A stretch of DNA of 64,000 bases. Origin: Pirellulales bacterium (GTDB lineage Bacteria; Planctomycetota; Planctomycetia; Pirellulales; PALSA-1355). Below the pieces are notes generated by a model. The model worked only from the letters and a program-made list of their open reading frames with translations, ran no database searches and was not told the DNA's origin. The position numbers and the translations under genes were made by a program. Each line of letters opens with the position of its first letter. The first letter of the stretch is position 1. The stretch is from the NCBI GenBank assembly GCA_963733035.1, contig CAVTBU010000007.1:96001-160000 (forward strand), read 5' to 3'. Shown one piece after another: positions 60,588 to 64,000 of this stretch.

Positions 60588-61527
60588 CGGGTGCCGTGCT
60601 ATCCATGTGCGGAGCCGCCAGCAGGCTCGTGGTGCCGATTCCGTAAAATGTGTATTCCACGTCGTCGCCGGTGTCCCAGGCGGCGCCGTGAAATCCTCCG
60701 TCCGCCAATTGTAGCGAATTGACGAGCCGCCGCGCACCCTCCAGATCGGCTTCGTGCATTGCACCCAGATCGGCCAGCGTCAGCAGCCCGGTAAACGTGC
60801 TGAGCAAGTCGGCAATGGGAATGCGAGAATTGGCCCGCAGGCCGCCGCCGTCGTCTTGTGCATCGAGCAGAAACTCGACCACGCCCTCGCGCGTTTCGTT
60901 GTCCACGGCGTCAAAGATTGTCAGCAGTCCCACGGCGGCGGCGGTGGGATTCGTGCCGCTGCGCTTCATGACGTTCATCTCGACAAAGCCCCCGTCATCC
61001 CGCCGGCGCGCGCGAACGAAGTCGACAAGCCGTTCAACCTGTGGAGTGGGCTGGCCGATCAATTGCTGGCACAGCACCACCAGAAACGTGTGATACACAC
61101 TGCTGGCCGCTCCCTCGGGCGTTTTGGCGTAGCCCCCGTCTTCGCGGCGCAGCGCTTCCAACGCTGCCGCGACACCGGTCGTCCAGGTGTTCGGCTGCCC
61201 GGCGAACACGTCGAGGCCAGCAACCATTTCCAGCGTCTTGGCGCTATAAATGAGCGACAGGAAATCGACAATCGGCACTTGCCCGGCCAACCGGCTTTGC
61301 AGAAACGCCGTCGCACGGCTGGCAACATCGCCTTCCAGTCCGCCCAGTAGCGCAAGCGAGCGAACCGCGAACGACGTGTAGTACAAATCGCTTTGGCCCT
61401 CACGGCCGGCAAAGCCCCCGTCGGCACGCTGCGCCGCGCGAAGATATTCGAGTTGCCGCGCGCGCCAATCCGTCTCGACATGTTCCAGGCCCGCGGCCAG
61501 ACGCAACGTAAGTTGTTCAAGATACAT
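60580..61527 (-). CDS. Prenyltransferase/squalene-oxidase repeat protein (geranylgeranyltransferase beta-like fold)
   Basis: Repeats QRADGGF, RREDGGY, RRDDGGF, QDDGGGL and QLADGGF; DLYYT and DVEYTFYG; no signal peptide. Confidence 0.82.
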   Translation of the reverse strand: MYLEQLTLRLAAGLEHVETDWRARQLEYLRAAQRADGGFAGREGQSDLYYTSFAVRSLALLGGLEGDVASRATAFLQSRLAGQVPIVDFLSLIYSAKTLEMVAGLDVFAGQPNTWTTGVAAALEALRREDGGYAKTPEGAASSVYHTFLVVLCQQLIGQPTPQVERLVDFVRARRRDDGGFVEMNVMKRSGTNPTAAAVGLLTIFDAVDNETREGVVEFLLDAQDDGGGLRANSRIPIADLLSTFTGLLTLADLGAMHEADLEGARRLVNSLQLADGGFHGAAWDTGDDVEYTFYGIGTTSLLAAPHMDSTAPDG

Positions 61528-61547
61528 GGGCGCCGGCCGGGAGGAGA

Positions 61548-61967
61548 TTACACGGTCACGGTTTTGAGTTTCTCGGCCATCCATGTGGGGATGGCGACCG
61601 ACTGCGGCGTGCCGTCTTCCTCAAAGCGGCAGCAGACGGTCGTGGTCTGGCCGCTGGCCACGGGTTTGCCGTCGTGGCTGAAATTGAATTCATAAGTGAG
61701 ACTTTTTTGCCCCAACCGTACGATCGAAACTTCGATCTCGAGCACGTCCTCGAATTTCACCGATCGCTGGTAATCGCAACGGGCGCCGACGCGCGGGAAC
61801 GAAAGCTTCCCGTCGTCGTCAATGTGCATCACGCTCAGCCCCAGGTGACGCAACAACTCGTGCTCGGCCTGCTCCATGTAGACAAAGAACACGGAAAAGT
61901 GCACGATTCCCGCGGCGTCGGTGTCGCGAAACTCGACGCGCCGCGTGGTTCGGTAGGGTTGCGTCAT
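61548..61967 (-). CDS. Acyl-CoA thioesterase (4HBT/YbgC hotdog family)
   Basis: RVEFRDTDAAGIVHF...MEQAE. Confidence 0.92.
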   Translation of the reverse strand: MTQPYRTTRRVEFRDTDAAGIVHFSVFFVYMEQAEHELLRHLGLSVMHIDDDGKLSFPRVGARCDYQRSVKFEDVLEIEVSIVRLGQKSLTYEFNFSHDGKPVASGQTTTVCCRFEEDGTPQSVAIPTWMAEKLKTVTV

Positions 61968-62052
61968 GAGAAGAGATTCCGCAAAGGTGGCTGCACAATC
62001 AGGCCCTGGATGCGCAAGCCACGGACGAGAACACTGCCAGCCACGCGCGCAC

Positions 62053-62103
62053 AAAAAGCGTCGTGCTGTACCGGTTGGAAACGACCCGGACTCGCCGACG
62101 CTT
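62053..62103 (-). terminator. Extended hairpin with U-tract downstream of rpsR
   Basis: AAGCGTCG (62056-63) pairs with CGACGCTT (62096-103). On the minus strand the stem ends in TTTTT. Confidence 0.5.
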
Positions 62104-62175
62104 CGAGGTGTTAGCCTTCAACTAGCATCAAACCCGTAGACTAGCTGCAAACCACGTCGAGACGCAAACAGCCTT

Positions 62176-62451
62176 TCAGTCGCCAACGTACGGCAGCAAG
62201 GCCATAAAGCGAGCCCGCTTGACTGCCAGCGTCACGGCGTGCTGGCTGGCCGCCGTGCAACCGCTCTTGCGGCGTCCGACGATCTTGCCCTGGCGATTGG
62301 TGAGTTTGCCGAGCAGGTCCAAATCCTTGTAGTCCACATACATCGGGCGCGGACGCTCGCCATCGACGAAGATGGGGTCCTTCTTCTTCGCCCGAACCTT
62401 ATTCTTGTTCGACCGCCGCTTCGGGGGCCCTTTGAATTTCTTGAATGCCAC
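62176..62451 (-). CDS. rpsR: 30S ribosomal protein S18
   Basis: VDYKD..LL......GKI..RR.SG.....Q.....AVKRARFMALLPY. Confidence 0.95.
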   Translation of the reverse strand: MAFKKFKGPPKRRSNKNKVRAKKKDPIFVDGERPRPMYVDYKDLDLLGKLTNRQGKIVGRRKSGCTAASQHAVTLAVKRARFMALLPYVGD

Positions 62452-62635
62452 GAGTGTAACCTGTACTTCCTAAGTCGAGTTGGAACCCCACTATCTGAGC
62501 CGCTTGGCGGCCAAAATGCAAGCCCTAACGCCAGCCGCCGCCGAGAAAGCAGCCCCTCCGCGGCACGCGCAAAATCGCAGGGCGAGCCGAATCAATACGG
62601 CGAACTCGTTTGACGAACGCTTCGCGGGTCGATTA

Positions 62636-62986
62636 TCAGTAGTCGCGGCGACCACCGCCGCCGCCGCCACGACCTCCACGGCCGCCGCCATAGCCACCGC
62701 CGCCACCCCCGTAGCCGCCGCCACCGCCCGTCCGGGGAGCCCGCTCACGGGCTTCGTTCACCGTAATGGCTCGGCCGTCGATTTCCGTGCCATTTAACGC
62801 GTCGATCGCCCGCTGGCAAGCGTCGTCGGATTCCATCTCCACGAACCCAAAGCCGCGCGAACGGCCCGTTTCGCGGTCGGAGATCACTTCGGCCGATTGC
62901 ACGGTGCCGTGGGCGCTGAACAGCGCCTCGAGTGAAGCCGACGTGGTCGACCAGGGCAGGTTTCCGACGTAAATCTTCTTCGCCAT
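62636..62986 (-). CDS. RRM RNA-binding protein with a glycine-rich tail
   Basis: RNP2 [21 protein letters not shown] (RNP1), VNEAR, GGGGY/RGG tail. Confidence 0.95.
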   Translation of the reverse strand: MAKKIYVGNLPWSTTSASLEALFSAHGTVQSAEVISDRETGRSRGFGFVEMESDDACQRAIDALNGTEIDGRAITVNEARERAPRTGGGGGYGGGGGGYGGGRGGRGGGGGGRRDY

Positions 62987-63113
62987 CACATAATGTCCTT
63001 TGCGCTCGTTTGGGGTGCGGTTTCTACCCGTACAAAGACTAATGACGCGTGCATCCGGCACCCCGCTCTTGTCGCCGCGTCAAGTCGGCCGGCTCCAGGG
63101 CTCAGGCAAGTTA

Positions 63114-63143
63114 AATGTACCTTTGCCGCTTAGCGCAATGCAA
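63114..63143 (-). promoter_or_regulatory. Sigma70-like promoter of the RRM gene
   Basis: Minus strand TTGCAT-N18-TACATT. Confidence 0.4.
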
Positions 63144-63208
63144 GCACTTATTGCGCTGGAAAAAGGGCCTGCCAAGCCCGACTGGCCGGGCCGGTTTGTT
63201 CCCCCTTT

Positions 63209-64000
63209 TTAAGCCCGAAAGTCGGCCCGCACACGCCGATAAAGCGCGCGGGTCTGCTCGGCCATGGCCGACGCGGTGAAACGTTCGAAAATCGCCTCCT
63301 GTCCGCTTTTCCCCAAATCACGGGCCAATTCGGGTTCAACCAGCAGCCGTTTGAGGGCGGCGGCCAGCGCCTGGGGGTCGTTGGGCGTATGCAGCAGGCC
63401 GCCCCCCGACTGCTCGATCGTTTCGGGAAAGGCCCCGTGATCGGGCAACACCACCGGCACCGCGTTGGCCAACGCCTCCAGCACGCTGATGCCCTTGCTC
63501 TCGCGATAGACCGTGGGCAAGCTCATCACGTCGAGTCCCTGCAAAAAGGCGATCTTCTCGGCGCGCGACACCTCGCCCACATACTCGAAGGCCCCGGGGC
63601 GGTTCCAGGCGTCGGTCCGCCGCTGGATCGTCTCCAGGTAGGGTCGGTCGAGCTTGCCCAGGTAGCCGGCCGCGCGAACCCGGAACGGCGGCACTTCCGA
63701 GTCAGCCTGCAGCAGTTCGGCCGCGGCCACCAGGTTGTGCAGCCCTTTGTCCGGACAAATCCGCGCCAAGAACCCGATCGTCCGTGGCTCGCCGGCCGCG
63801 GCGGGCCGCGTGCCGTGGCCGGCCAGATTCAGCCCGTGCGGAATCACGTGCACCCGCTCGCGCGGCACACTCAGGTAGTCGGCCATGTAGTCGGCGTAAT
63901 AAGTATTGAGCGCGACCAGGCCGTCGAGCTGGGCGGCCCGCTCACGCAGCACCTGCCGCGCGCGATCGTAGTGTGGCGGCGGCACCTTTTCCAGAAAGAT
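63209..64000 (-). CDS. Glycosyltransferase family 4 (GT-B), 5' end outside the window
   Basis: VIPHGL, FLARICPDKG and ESKGISVLEALANAVPVV. Frame is open to the window edge. Confidence 0.9.
   Translation of the reverse strand: MFLEKVPPPHYDRARQVLRERAAQLDGLVALNTYYADYMADYLSVPRERVHVIPHGLNLAGHGTRPAAAGEPRTIGFLARICPDKGLHNLVAAAELLQADSEVPPFRVRAAGYLGKLDRPYLETIQRRTDAWNRPGAFEYVGEVSRAEKIAFLQGLDVMSLPTVYRESKGISVLEALANAVPVVLPDHGAFPETIEQSGGGLLHTPNDPQALAAALKRLLVEPELARDLGKSGQEAIFERFTASAMAEQTRALYRRVRADFRA

Noticed and set aside
62056..62103. SRP RNA or 6S RNA
   Set aside because: It lacks the conserved SRP domain IV internal-loop sequence, and no 6S-length rod with a central bubble could be shown by eye.
62650..62730. 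(CCG/CCA)n microsatellite
   Set aside because: It simply encodes the glycine-rich tail of the RRM protein.

Overview
High-GC, gene-dense bacterial chromosome segment. The gene content suggests Planctomycetota (Pirellulales-like); this is an inference. No rRNA, tRNA, CRISPR array or mobile element was recognised. Main blocks: (1) 1-12.4 kb, a respiratory cluster: 3' end of a multiheme cytochrome c, two amicyanin-like cupredoxin lipoproteins, a diheme cytochrome c, an A2-type heme-copper oxidase (subunits II, I, III, IV), ctaA/ctaB, SCO, DUF420 and a small CxxC protein. (2) 13.4-29.3 kb, a nine-gene envelope operon built around MoxR and three vWA proteins, with a beta-propeller, a long coiled-coil protein, a Tat-exported alpha/alpha-toroid protein and an NPCBM protein. 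(3) 29-46 kb, apgM, pgi, small hydrolases, a TPR-metallopeptidase/MazG/membrane protein/ABC ATPase operon, acyl-CoA dehydrogenase and an S9 peptidase. (4) 46.1-49.4 kb, the most unusual locus: two tandem CpaC-type secretin-domain proteins with very Cys-rich N-termini, plus a small secreted protein; all three share one helical motif. (5) 49.6-64 kb, lactonase, serine hydrolase, an orphan low-GC prepilin-like gene next to inverted heptamer arrays, a thioesterase/prenyltransferase-fold/ABC exporter operon, rpsR, an RRM protein and a partial glycosyltransferase. Seven single-base frameshifts in six otherwise intact genes look like assembly errors.
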